Shown: positions 20,765 through 30,104, counted from the first letter of the stretch. The stretch is DNA of 64,000 bases from an uncultured Chloroflexia bacterium (GCA_963833535.1 CAWHYC010000004.1:78602-142601), one strand, 5' to 3'. Made by a program: numbers and translations. The notes: generated from the sequence alone by a model not told the origin.

Positions 20765-21028
20765 TGGCGTCGGCCGGGAACGGAAGTGGCAGCGCATCGG
20801 CGCGCGTGGTACGCGGGGCGTTCAAACGGACGCTCGGGACGCGGCCGAACGCGCGCCGAGGGGGTCGCAACTCGTCGGGTTAGCCGTCTACGGCTGATTC
20901 GGCGGTCGTCGGGTCTCGATCCCGCGCCCGCAAGCGACGCCATGCGCCCGATGAGGCCAGCTCGAGTGTCGTTTGCTCGCCGGGCGTACAGGCGAAGCTG
21001 GACACTCTGACAGGCCTCGTTGGGCGTA
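20765..21028 (+). ncRNA. Candidate structured RNA or palindromic repeat cluster
   Basis: Three long hairpins, two enclosed by an 8-bp helix; wobble pairs are G-U on the + strand. Confidence 0.4.
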
Positions 21029-21123
21029 AGGCTCGGGAGGCACGAACCGCGCCGGTCCGCTGGCGTGGCACCTGCCTCGACCGCCCACGACACGGCCCCT
21101 CGCCGCACGCGGCGATCCACGGC

Positions 21124-22704
21124 TCAAGCCGCGTCGGCGGCGTCGAGGATCGTCGTCGTCAGGAGGGGCAAGAGCATCGCGTGCAGGTCGGCCCCGATGG
21201 TCGATGTGCCCTGCGCAGGGCCTGCCAGGCAGGCCTGGTCGATGACCCGCATCGCGGCCGCCACGCCGGCACCGAGCGGTTCTTGCCGGCCGACGATGGC
21301 GAAGCCATCCCGCGCCGTGAGCAACTCGACCAGCAGGATCGTCTCGAGGGCGTCGAGCGCGTCCTCCGTGCGACGGACCGTGATCGGGGCCGCCGTGGAG
21401 TGATCCTCGACGCCCAGGTCGAGCGCGCCGATGTCGAGCGTCGCTGGCGCGGCCAGCTGGCGGAGGTCGGCCGCGCGCGAGGCGGCCGCGTAGCGCGACA
21501 GGAAGCCCGTCCCCGGCTGGACGGCGTACTCCAAGACCTGGGGCATGTCGACCTCCGACGTGAACAGGCGCTGCCAGACCTGGTTCATGCGGCGGTCGCT
21601 GAGCTGGCCGACATGGGCGAGCGCCGGCCGCAACGCATCGAAGGCGAGGGCCATGAGCATGGGATGGAAGTTGCCGTTGCTGATCATGCGACCGTCGTCG
21701 ACGACGACCAGCGGGTTGTCATCCATGGCCGCCAGCTCACCCTCGACCGCCTCGTGCGTGAAGCGGCCAAGCTCACGCAAGGCGCCATGGACCTGGGGTA
21801 CGACCCGGATCGAGAGCGGGTCCTGGACCGACTGCGCAGCTCCCGGCTCGAGGATGGCGCTGCCGCGCAGCAACCGCCGCAGGTGCGCCGCGGCATCGAC
21901 CTGCCCCGGGATCGGTTTTGCGGCCGCCACCGCCGGGTCGATGATCGACGGATTCGCTCGCAGCGTCTCCATCGTCGCCGCCACGACCAGGTCGGCCGCT
22001 GCCGCCACGCGCGCGGCGCGAGCGACCACGAGCGCCCCGTGGCCGATGCTCACGCCATTGGCGGAGATCGAGGCCAGGCCCTCCTTCGCCTCGAGGACGA
22101 CGACCGGGATACCCGCCCGACGCATGGCCTCGGAGCCCGACAGGCGATCGCCCTGGTATTCGGCCGCACCCTCGCCGATGAGCACGCGGGCGATGCAGGC
22201 CATCGACATCAGGTCGGACGCGCCCACCGACCCGTACTCGGGCACGATGGGATGCACGCCGGCGTCGAGCATCGCGGCTAGCGTCCGAGCCGCGATCAGC
22301 GTCATGCCACTGCCGCCCCGGGCGATGCCGGCCAGTCGAACGGCCATCGCTGCGCGGACCAGGCGCGTCGGGAGCGGCCGCCCGATGGCGCCTTCATGGA
22401 GGCGGACGATGGCGACCTGGTAGGCGGCCAGCGCTTCGGCGGGCATCCGCTCGTCGCGCATGTGCCCCAGGCCGGTGTTCAGGCCATAGACCGGCTCGGG
22501 CCGCGCGAGATGCTCCTCGACGACGTGGCGCGAGGCGAGGATCAGCGCCTCGGCGTCCGGCAACAACACGACCGGCGCCCCATCTGCGATGCGCACGATG
22601 TCGTCGACGCGCAGGGGATCGACCCCGATCCGGACGCTGTCGGGCGGCGCTGACGCAGCGGTCGTCACGAGGCGCTCACGTTCATCGTCGCGAGTCACTC
22701 CCAT
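21124..22704 (-). CDS. Aromatic amino acid lyase family protein lacking the MIO-forming ASG tripeptide
   Basis: VYGLNTGLG, GSVGASDL, QDPLSIR, NGNFHP, VEDH. Confidence 0.85.
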   Translation of the reverse strand: MGVTRDDERERLVTTAASAPPDSVRIGVDPLRVDDIVRIADGAPVVLLPDAEALILASRHVVEEHLARPEPVYGLNTGLGHMRDERMPAEALAAYQVAIVRLHEGAIGRPLPTRLVRAAMAVRLAGIARGGSGMTLIAARTLAAMLDAGVHPIVPEYGSVGASDLMSMACIARVLIGEGAAEYQGDRLSGSEAMRRAGIPVVVLEAKEGLASISANGVSIGHGALVVARAARVAAAADLVVAATMETLRANPSIIDPAVAAAKPIPGQVDAAAHLRRLLRGSAILEPGAAQSVQDPLSIRVVPQVHGALRELGRFTHEAVEGELAAMDDNPLVVVDDGRMISNGNFHPMLMALAFDALRPALAHVGQLSDRRMNQVWQRLFTSEVDMPQVLEYAVQPGTGFLSRYAAASRAADLRQLAAPATLDIGALDLGVEDHSTAAPITVRRTEDALDALETILLVELLTARDGFAIVGRQEPLGAGVAAAMRVIDQACLAGPAQGTSTIGADLHAMLLPLLTTTILDAADAA

Positions 22705-23451
22705 TCATGGAACGGCCGCCGGCGCTCGGGCGGGCACCTGGTGGAAGAGGCCGGCATCGGCGATGCCAGGCAGCACCCGGATGAGGCTGGCGGGCCGGAG
22801 TCCGAGCGAGCCGCGTCCGCGCGGCCCGTCGATGGTCAGCGAGTCACGGCCGGTCGAGACGTCGACGACCGTCGCATGCGCGCCTGGGACGAGATCCTGC
22901 GCCTCGAGATATTCGAGCAGCTCACGGTCTTCCTCGGCCATCTCGGTGATCCGGAAGATGGTCACCTCGGTGCCCGGCTCGACCTCGGACAGGCGGACGC
23001 CCTTCGGCCGGCTGCGCGCGGCCTCGGCATCGATGGGATTACCGTGCGGACACGTCGGCGGATTGCCGAGCAGGTCGGCGATGGCGGCCTCGACGCGTGG
23101 CGAGATGGAGCCCTGCAGCCGTCCCGCCTCCTCGTCGGACTCGGCCCACCCCAGCCCGATGACCTTGATGAGCAGCCACTCGAGCAGGGAATGCCGCCGG
23201 AAGATGGTTTCGGCTGCCGCTCTGCCGGAGGCAGTCAAGGTCAGGTCCCGCTCCGAGCCCATGGCCACCAGGCCATCGGCGGTCAGGCGGCCGATCATCT
23301 CCGATGCGGCCTGCGTCGACACGCCCATCTGTCGCGCGACCGCCGAGACCATCGTCGTGGTACCGCCTTCGGTCATCACCCGCAGTGCCAGGAGGTAGCC
23401 CTGAGCGGCCTCGGTCAGGGGATGCTGGTGCTCGGTGGCGTGCTGGGTCAT
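22705..23451 (-). CDS. DtxR/MntR-family metal-dependent regulator with FeoA domain
   Basis: YLLAL wHTH, RRHSLLEW, CPHGNPI, C-terminal FeoA/SH3-like domain. Confidence 0.9.
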   Translation of the reverse strand: MTQHATEHQHPLTEAAQGYLLALRVMTEGGTTTMVSAVARQMGVSTQAASEMIGRLTADGLVAMGSERDLTLTASGRAAAETIFRRHSLLEWLLIKVIGLGWAESDEEAGRLQGSISPRVEAAIADLLGNPPTCPHGNPIDAEAARSRPKGVRLSEVEPGTEVTIFRITEMAEEDRELLEYLEAQDLVPGAHATVVDVSTGRDSLTIDGPRGRGSLGLRPASLIRVLPGIADAGLFHQVPARAPAAVP

Positions 23452-23505
23452 CGGTCGGCCGATGGTACCCCGCCCATCCGCGGCCGATCACCTCATGACC
23501 GTCGC

Positions 23506-23568
23506 TCAAGTGCCCCTGACCTTGCTGGTCAGGTTCCCTTGACTCCATCCCGGGCGGTGGTCTACGAT
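23506..23568 (+). promoter_or_regulatory. Sigma-70 promoter for FTR1 gene overlapped by two TCARG-N4-CYTGA boxes
   Basis: Boxes 23506-23519 and 23529-23542; TTGACT 23539-23544, 18-nt spacer, TACGAT 23563-23568. Confidence 0.6.
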
Positions 23569-23619
23569 GGCCAAATCCCGACCCACTGGCTCGGGATTGC
23601 ATGGAGGCTGCACGCCAGG

Positions 23620-24480
23620 ATGTTCGAGCCCGGGTTCTTCGTCAGCGGCCTGTTGATCGGGCTGCGCGAGGGCGTCGAAGCGGCCCTCATCGTGGCCATC
23701 ATCCTGGCCTACCTGGCACGCACTGGCAACGCCCGCTACTTCGGCCGGATCTGGCTCGGGGTCGGTGCGGCGATCGTCCTCAGCGTCGGCATCGGAGTCG
23801 GGCTCTTCGCCACCATCGGCGGGCTCCAGGAACCGTACGAGCAGCTCTTCGAAGCGATGGCCCTGCTGGTCGCTACCGCGGTCGTCACCTGGATGCTCTT
23901 CTGGATGCGACGACAGGCAGCGTCGGTGCGCGGCGAGCTGCACGCCGCCGTGGATCGCGCCTTGACGTCGGGTGGTGCCTGGGCCCTGACGGCCCTGGCC
24001 TTCTCGGCGGTCATCCGCGAGGGCGTCGAGACGGCTCTCTTCCTGTCGGGGACGGCGACCTCGGCTGACGAGGGGGCGCTGTCGGTCGCGATCGGCGCCC
24101 TGGTCGGCCTGGCGCTGGCCGTGGTCATCGGCTTCGGCTTCTACCGCGGCGCGCGGATCATCGACCTGCGCATCTTCTTCAAGTGGACGGGCATCGCCCT
24201 CATCTTCATCGCCGGCGGGCTGCTCAGCCGCGCGGTCCATGAGCTGGTCGAGATCGGCGTCATCGGCGTCGGCTCGAGTGCGGCCTTCGATATCAGCGGC
24301 GTGCTGCCACACGAGGAAGGGATCGGCCAGTTCCTGCGTGCCATCTTCGGCTACTCCTCGCAGCCGGAATGGGCGACCTTCGTGACCTGGCTCGTCTACG
24401 TCGTCGTCGTGCTCGTGCTCTACCTGCGACCCGTCCGGCCGGCAGCGCCGACGCCGGTCGAGGTGCAGCCCGCGGCCTGA
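23620..24480 (+). CDS. efeU: FTR1-family iron permease (EfeU-like)
   Basis: Two REGVE motifs, WMLFWM, multiple TM. Confidence 0.88.
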   Translation: MFEPGFFVSGLLIGLREGVEAALIVAIILAYLARTGNARYFGRIWLGVGAAIVLSVGIGVGLFATIGGLQEPYEQLFEAMALLVATAVVTWMLFWMRRQAASVRGELHAAVDRALTSGGAWALTALAFSAVIREGVETALFLSGTATSADEGALSVAIGALVGLALAVVIGFGFYRGARIIDLRIFFKWTGIALIFIAGGLLSRAVHELVEIGVIGVGSSAAFDISGVLPHEEGIGQFLRAIFGYSSQPEWATFVTWLVYVVVVLVLYLRPVRPAAPTPVEVQPAA

Positions 24481-24549
24481 CCACGGCAGCCGCGGTCGAT
24501 CGGCCCGCGAGGCGTCGCCGGGGACCAGCCCGGCGCCTACACTGGCGCG

Positions 24550-25524
24550 ATGGCAAAGCTGGTCGAGTGCGTCCCCAACTTCAGCGAGGGCCGGCGCACC
24601 GAGGTCGTCGATGCCCTTGCCGCTGTCGTCGCCGCGACACCGGACGTGCACCTCCTCGATCGGACGTCGGACGTCGACCACAATCGCAGCGTGCTGACCT
24701 TCGCCGGCGAGGCCGAGGCGGTCGCCGTGGCCATGGAGGGCGCGGTCGAGGTCGCCATCGCGCAGATCGACATGGAACAGCACGAGGGCCAACATCCGCG
24801 CATCGGCGCCGTCGACGTCATCCCCTTCGTGCCGCTCGGCGAGACGACCATGGACGAGTGTGTCGAGCTTGCCCGTCGCTTCGGCGCCCACATCGCCGAG
24901 CGCTTCGAGTTGCCCGTCTACCTCTATGCCAAAGCCGCCACGCGCGCGGAGCGGATCATCCTGGCTGACATCCGCAAGCCCCAGTACGAAGGCCTCAAGA
25001 CCGACATCTCGCATCTCGGCCGTGAGCCCGACTTCGGCCCGACACGAATGCACCCCAGCGCCGGCGCCGTCGCCGTCGGCGCCCGACCCTTCCTCATCGC
25101 CTTCAACATCAATCTCGACTCGAGCGACGTCGACCTCGCCAAGCGGATCGCGCATCGGATCCGGGAGCGTTCGGGCGGCCTGCCCAGGGTCCAGGCGCTG
25201 GGCCTCTATCTCGAGGACCTGCAGCGCGCGCAGGTCTCGATGAACCTGCTCGATCACACGGTCACGCCGCTCTGGCTCGTCTGGGAGACGGTTCGTGGCC
25301 TGGCGTCCGACGAGGGCGTCGCCGTGCGCGAGTCGGAGCTTATCGGGCTGGCGCCGCTGGCGGCGCTGCTCGAGGTGGCCGATCACGTCGGTGTGGCGCC
25401 CAAGGGACCGGTCGAGAAGCGCCTGGTGGCCGCCGCCGAGTCGCTGGCCATCCGCGACTTCGAGCCGACCATGGCCCTCGAGCTGCGCCTGGCGGCGGCG
25501 ACCCGGGCGACGGCCGGCGCGTGA
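24550..25524 (+). CDS. ftcD: Glutamate formimidoyltransferase
   Basis: LVECVPNFSEGR, DHNRSV, HPRIGAVDVIPFVP. Confidence 0.95.
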   Translation: MAKLVECVPNFSEGRRTEVVDALAAVVAATPDVHLLDRTSDVDHNRSVLTFAGEAEAVAVAMEGAVEVAIAQIDMEQHEGQHPRIGAVDVIPFVPLGETTMDECVELARRFGAHIAERFELPVYLYAKAATRAERIILADIRKPQYEGLKTDISHLGREPDFGPTRMHPSAGAVAVGARPFLIAFNINLDSSDVDLAKRIAHRIRERSGGLPRVQALGLYLEDLQRAQVSMNLLDHTVTPLWLVWETVRGLASDEGVAVRESELIGLAPLAALLEVADHVGVAPKGPVEKRLVAAAESLAIRDFEPTMALELRLAAATRATAGA

Positions 25525-26882
25525 CCCTCCGGGTCCTGGCTGGTGGCGCCGAGCTGCCGGCGCCAGGACTGCTTGTCCGCGGCGCGTCGGAGGTCGTGAC
25601 GATGTCCGGCGGCCTGCGCTTGGGCAGCGCGCAGGATGACGTGGCGGCGCTCTATGGCGACGGTGCCGCTGATCCCAAGGGACGCCACGCGCCGGCGGTG
25701 GCGGCATGGGAGGGCCGCATCCTGGCGGTCGGGCCGCTGCCCGACGTCATGCAGCGCGTTCGTGGCCTAGGTCTCGACGAGAAGCGCTTCAGCATCGTCG
25801 ATGCGCGCGGCGGCACCGTCACTCCCGGGCTCATCGACCCCCATACCCATCTGCTCTTCGCCGGCACGCGCGAAGGCGAGATGCGCCTTCGCCAGCAGGG
25901 CGCCGGATACCTCGAGATCCTGGCCGCCGGCGGCGGCATCCTTTCGACCGTAGAGCACACCCGTGCCGCGTCCGCCGATGAGCTGCATGACCACGGCCGT
26001 CGCTGGCTCGACGAGATGCTCGGCCACGGCGTGACGACGATCGAGGCCAAGTCGGGCTATGGCCTCGACACGGCCACCGAGCTGCGGCTCCTCGATGTCA
26101 TGGCCCGCCTCGATCGCGAAGGACCGATCGGGATCGTGCCGACCTTCCTCGGCGCCCACGCAGTGCCGCCGGAGTACCGCGGCCGTCGAGCCGGGGCGGA
26201 GGCCTATGTCGCCGCCGTCGTCGGCGAGCAGCTACCGGCCGTCGAGGCCCAGGGCGTGGCCCGCTTCTGCGACGTGTTCTGCGAGCGAGGCGTGTTCAGC
26301 GTGGAGCAGTCGCGCCGCGTGCTCGAAGCCGGCCTCCGGCACGGGCTCGCCGCGCGGTTGCATGCCGATGAGCTGGTGCCTTCCGGCGGCGCGCAGCTGG
26401 CGGCCGAGCTGGGGGCCACCTCCGCCGACCACCTTGCCGCGCCGTCTCGCGAGGGCATCGCAGCGCTGGTCACGGCGGCCGAGACCGGTCGGCCGGTGGT
26501 CGCGACGCTGCTGCCGGCGACCAGCCTGGTGCTCATGAAGGAGCACGACGCGCCGGCCCGGGTGCTCGTCGATCGGGGCGTGCCGGTGGCGCTCGGGTCC
26601 GACTTCAACCCGGGCACCTCGCCGACGCCCAATCTCCAGCTCGTGCTCTCGCTGGCCGTGCTGCGGCTGAAGCTGACACCGTCCGAGGCACTTGCGGCGG
26701 TGACCATCAACGCCGCCCACGCGGTCGGTCTTGGTGAGACGCACGGCTCCCTCGAGGAGGGCCGCGTGGCCGACGTCGTGGTCTGGGATGCACCCTCCCA
26801 TGAGCTGCTGCCGTACTGGCTCGGCGCGGACCTGGCCCGCGTCGTGGTCAAGGGCGGCAACGTGGTGCTCGCGAGGGGCTGA
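25521..26882 (+). CDS. hutI: Imidazolonepropionase
   Basis: PGLIDPHTH, GGGILSTV, EAKSGYGL, HADE, DFNPG. Confidence 0.95.
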   Translation: MTLRVLAGGAELPAPGLLVRGASEVVTMSGGLRLGSAQDDVAALYGDGAADPKGRHAPAVAAWEGRILAVGPLPDVMQRVRGLGLDEKRFSIVDARGGTVTPGLIDPHTHLLFAGTREGEMRLRQQGAGYLEILAAGGGILSTVEHTRAASADELHDHGRRWLDEMLGHGVTTIEAKSGYGLDTATELRLLDVMARLDREGPIGIVPTFLGAHAVPPEYRGRRAGAEAYVAAVVGEQLPAVEAQGVARFCDVFCERGVFSVEQSRRVLEAGLRHGLAARLHADELVPSGGAQLAAELGATSADHLAAPSREGIAALVTAAETGRPVVATLLPATSLVLMKEHDAPARVLVDRGVPVALGSDFNPGTSPTPNLQLVLSLAVLRLKLTPSEALAAVTINAAHAVGLGETHGSLEEGRVADVVVWDAPSHELLPYWLGADLARVVVKGGNVVLARG

Positions 26883-26997
26883 GTCGGTCGACTCGCATCC
26901 ACTAGCGGATCCAGCAAGCTCGGCCGAAGGATTCGCCGCTCGCCGTCGTCATACTCGATAGCACGGCAGATCGCCGTGCTGACCGTGAGGCGAACGG

Positions 26998-27585
26998 GTG
27001 ACGAGCGAGCTCATCGGGCGGGCACAGCGAGGCGATCACGAGGCCTTCGAGGCCCTCGTGCGGCCGGCCTACGATCGCCTGTACGCCGTGGCCTGCCGGA
27101 TCGTGCGTCATCCGGATGCCGCCGAGGACGCCGTCCAGGACGCCCTCCTCCATGCCTGGCGCGAACTCCCTGGCCTGCGCGACGCAGATCGTTTCGACGC
27201 CTGGCTCGGGCGCCTGTTGGTGAACGCCTGCCGAGACCAGGGCCGACAGGCCCGGCGCCGTCCGATCGAGGTTCCCGTGCTTGAGATCGACCGACCGACC
27301 AACGAGGCTGAAGCCGCCTGGGCGGCCGCCAGCGAGCCCGACACGGCTGCACAGCTGGTCGAGCGCGACGCCCTCGAGCGAGCCTTCCTCCGACTCTCGG
27401 TCGAGCAGCGGGCGGCGCTCGTCCTGACCCACTATCTCGGCTATCCAGCGGCCGAGGTGGCGGCCATCTGCGGCGTGCCGACGGGCACGGTCTACTCTCG
27501 CCTCCACGCTGGCGCCGCGGCCATGCGCACAGCCCTCGCCGGCCCTTCCACCGCCACGTCACCCGCCGCGGAACAGGTGCGATGA
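26998..27585 (+). CDS. ECF RNA polymerase sigma factor
   Basis: AEDAVQDA region 2; L..EQRAALVL...EVA...GTVYSRL region 4. Confidence 0.92.
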   Translation: MTSELIGRAQRGDHEAFEALVRPAYDRLYAVACRIVRHPDAAEDAVQDALLHAWRELPGLRDADRFDAWLGRLLVNACRDQGRQARRRPIEVPVLEIDRPTNEAEAAWAAASEPDTAAQLVERDALERAFLRLSVEQRAALVLTHYLGYPAAEVAAICGVPTGTVYSRLHAGAAAMRTALAGPSTATSPAAEQVR

Positions 27586-29189
27586 GCGCGCAGCCCGACG
27601 CCGCCGACCGTCGCCTCCTCGCCTTCCTTGCCGACGGGCCCGACCATGGCCCCGAGGCCGGCTTCGTGCGCGCGATGACGCTGACCCGGGCAGCCCGCCA
27701 GCGCCCCGGCTGGTCCATCCCCGCCTGGTGGCTGCCCGACCCGATGCGCCCGCAGATGGTGGGCATCGCGGTGATGGTCTCGTTGGTGCTGCTGGCCGTG
27801 CTCGCCCTTGCCATCGGCTTGGTCGGCGGACAGCGCAAGGCGGTCGTCCCGCCCGCGCCGTCGCCGACCGCGGCCGCGGACGCATTGCCACCGGCCTCGA
27901 TCCACCTCGAAATGGTTCTTCGCAACGACCAGCTCGGTCGGGCCGACTACCTGGTCGTGGGCTCGCCCGACGGCTCCGGCGGGGACTTCGGGCCATGCAT
28001 CGTCGGGCGCTCCGACTTCGATCTGTCGGGGGGCTGGGTCGTCAGTGTGCACGGACAGCGCGTGCTCGGCTTCAGGCACCCGTCGCCCGCCTACGCCGAC
28101 CTGCCCGATGGAGGCACGGTCACGCTTGCCGTCAGGGTCACGCCGGATGGCGAGGTCGTGGTCGAGGACCTGGTCGCAGGGTCGATGGCGGACTCGATCG
28201 GCTTCGACGCCCCACGCCCCGAGACCTGTTCACAGATCGGCCCAGACCCGTCCACGCCCGAGGCGTTCCGCAATTATTGGGATGCGGCCGGCTACCGCAT
28301 CACGCTCCTCGGGGGCTGGGCCCTCCGGATGGGCGAGCCGCAGACGGGCCAAGAGGAACTCATCCAGGGGTGGATCGATGAGGTGGACGGGGATCGGGTC
28401 ACATTCCGAAGCAGCTTCGTCTGCCCTGACGGCGCGACCTACAGATGGACCATGAGCCCGGACAAGAGTTCGCTGACCCTGACGCCGGTAGATGACCCAT
28501 GCCAGGCCCGGCGTGAGCTGCTTGCCACGGAGCCGCTCGTCCGTTATCCGCATGACGACCTACTGCCGGGAGCGCGGTATGTCCTCGGCGACTTCGACCC
28601 TCCGATCGCCTTTACCCTCCCATCGATCCCAGGGGATCGGACATCGGCCGGAGAGGGCGGAGCGTCGTCCATGTACGTCGACGTCACCGGCCAGTCCGGA
28701 CCCGGGGGGTCGGCGCCCAGCCGGTTGGGCATCGAGGTGCTCACTGGCAGCAACGTCACGCCAGCCACCTGCAAGGGGCGGCAGAATAGCCGGGTGTCCG
28801 GTGAGCCCGACGGCAGCCGGCCGATCGACCCCGTCGAGATCCGCACGCTCGACGCCTTCCAGTCGGCGTTCACCGCCTGGGACCCACCCGGGGTCATCGT
28901 CAGCGAACCTCGCGAGCTCGTCATCAGCGGCCGGCCGGCCGTCGCCATCGATGTCGTCGTTGACCCGAACTGTACGTTCAGGGAACCGGTCTTCCGTGTG
29001 GGCGACGTGCTCGAGCGAGTCTTCGCGATCGACCTTGGTGACCGCCTGCTCTTCGTGTCGATCGGACCGCGCGTCTACAACCCCGACCTGTTCGTCGACC
29101 CGGACGCGTCCAGCCAGACGGATAACGCCGAGCTGCTCGAGTTCGGCGAGCAGTTGGTCCGGTCGATCGAGCTGCTCCCTGACTCGTAG
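27582..29189 (+). CDS. Putative membrane-spanning anti-sigma factor
   Basis: ATGA overlap with ECF gene; short cytoplasmic N-terminus (RQRP), one TM, large extracytoplasmic region. Confidence 0.6.
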   Translation: MSAQPDAADRRLLAFLADGPDHGPEAGFVRAMTLTRAARQRPGWSIPAWWLPDPMRPQMVGIAVMVSLVLLAVLALAIGLVGGQRKAVVPPAPSPTAAADALPPASIHLEMVLRNDQLGRADYLVVGSPDGSGGDFGPCIVGRSDFDLSGGWVVSVHGQRVLGFRHPSPAYADLPDGGTVTLAVRVTPDGEVVVEDLVAGSMADSIGFDAPRPETCSQIGPDPSTPEAFRNYWDAAGYRITLLGGWALRMGEPQTGQEELIQGWIDEVDGDRVTFRSSFVCPDGATYRWTMSPDKSSLTLTPVDDPCQARRELLATEPLVRYPHDDLLPGARYVLGDFDPPIAFTLPSIPGDRTSAGEGGASSMYVDVTGQSGPGGSAPSRLGIEVLTGSNVTPATCKGRQNSRVSGEPDGSRPIDPVEIRTLDAFQSAFTAWDPPGVIVSEPRELVISGRPAVAIDVVVDPNCTFREPVFRVGDVLERVFAIDLGDRLLFVSIGPRVYNPDLFVDPDASSQTDNAELLEFGEQLVRSIELLPDS

Positions 29190-29214
29190 GTGTGCCTGGT
29201 TCCGACGGACCGCG

Positions 29215-29895
29215 CTAGACCTTGCCCTTCGACTCGAGCAGCACGAGCGTCAGCTCCTGGGGCACGGACGAGATCGTCACCGTCAGCTTGGCCTGTGGCG
29301 CGGGCCGCTGTTGGACGCCCATCTCGTGCAGGAACTTGGCCAGCTCCTGTTCACAGGCGGCCTCATCTTCACAGACCGGGATGGCGACCACGAGGTTCGC
29401 GTCGAGCTGCGCGACGAGCGCAGCCGCGCGCGCCGGGGCCAGGTGACCGCCGATGGCCACGATGACGACCTCGACGCTGCCGATCTCGCCGATCATGGCC
29501 TCGGTGAGGGTGTGGCCGATGTCGCCCACGTGGACCGTGTGCAGGCCGTCGAGCTCGTAGACGAAGCTGACGTTGGCGCCGCGTTCGGCGCCCTTCTCAT
29601 CGTCCCGGTAGGTCCGGATGCCGTTGACCAGGACGTCGTGCACCTCGTACTCGCCGGGGCGATCCAGCTGGAAGGCTGGCTCGAGGCTGGTCGGGCGGAC
29701 GACGCCGTCGGTCGGGACCTTCTTGCCCTTGCCACGCACTGGCAGCGGGTTGGGATCCGGGTGGCTGTAGGTCACGATGTCGGCGGTCAGGCCGCGCCCG
29801 GTCGGACCGACGATCGAGGGGTAGGCGTCGGCGGCGATGACGCCCTCTTTGCCGCGCAGGCGGATACAGGTCCCGCCGTACCAGGTGATCTCCAC
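29215..29895 (-). CDS. MBL-fold protein with degenerate metal site
   Basis: EITWYG..C start, PGEYEV, HVGDIGH; HxHxDH not intact. Confidence 0.75.
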   Translation of the reverse strand: MEITWYGGTCIRLRGKEGVIAADAYPSIVGPTGRGLTADIVTYSHPDPNPLPVRGKGKKVPTDGVVRPTSLEPAFQLDRPGEYEVHDVLVNGIRTYRDDEKGAERGANVSFVYELDGLHTVHVGDIGHTLTEAMIGEIGSVEVVIVAIGGHLAPARAAALVAQLDANLVVAIPVCEDEAACEQELAKFLHEMGVQQRPAPQAKLTVTISSVPQELTLVLLESKGKV

Positions 29896-29913
29896 CGATG
29901 GATTCTGCCAGAC

Positions 29914-30008
29914 GCGAAAGAACGGGGGACGCCTGCCCAATTGGCGTCCCCCGTTCGGAGGGGAGGGAGAGGGAACTGAGAGTCATCTCGGTTCCAACGA
30001 AAGGAACG
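29914..30008 (-). ncRNA. Candidate small RNA with CU-rich anti-SD tract and terminator
   Basis: Hairpin, then CUCUCCCUCCCUCC, then 14-bp stem (29920-29956) followed by UUUC. Confidence 0.4.
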
Positions 30009-30104
30009 GTACGCGCGGACGATTCAGGTCAAAGCGCGGAGACGGTGAAGAAACCGACACCTTCGGGAGGCCGGAAACCCATCCTGGCCGCCTACGATTC
30101 GCCG

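Noticed and set aside
20943-21028. Integron attC site (ends GTTGGGC)
   Set aside because: The 5' end is GCCCGAT, not RYYYAAC; there is no integrase or cassette array
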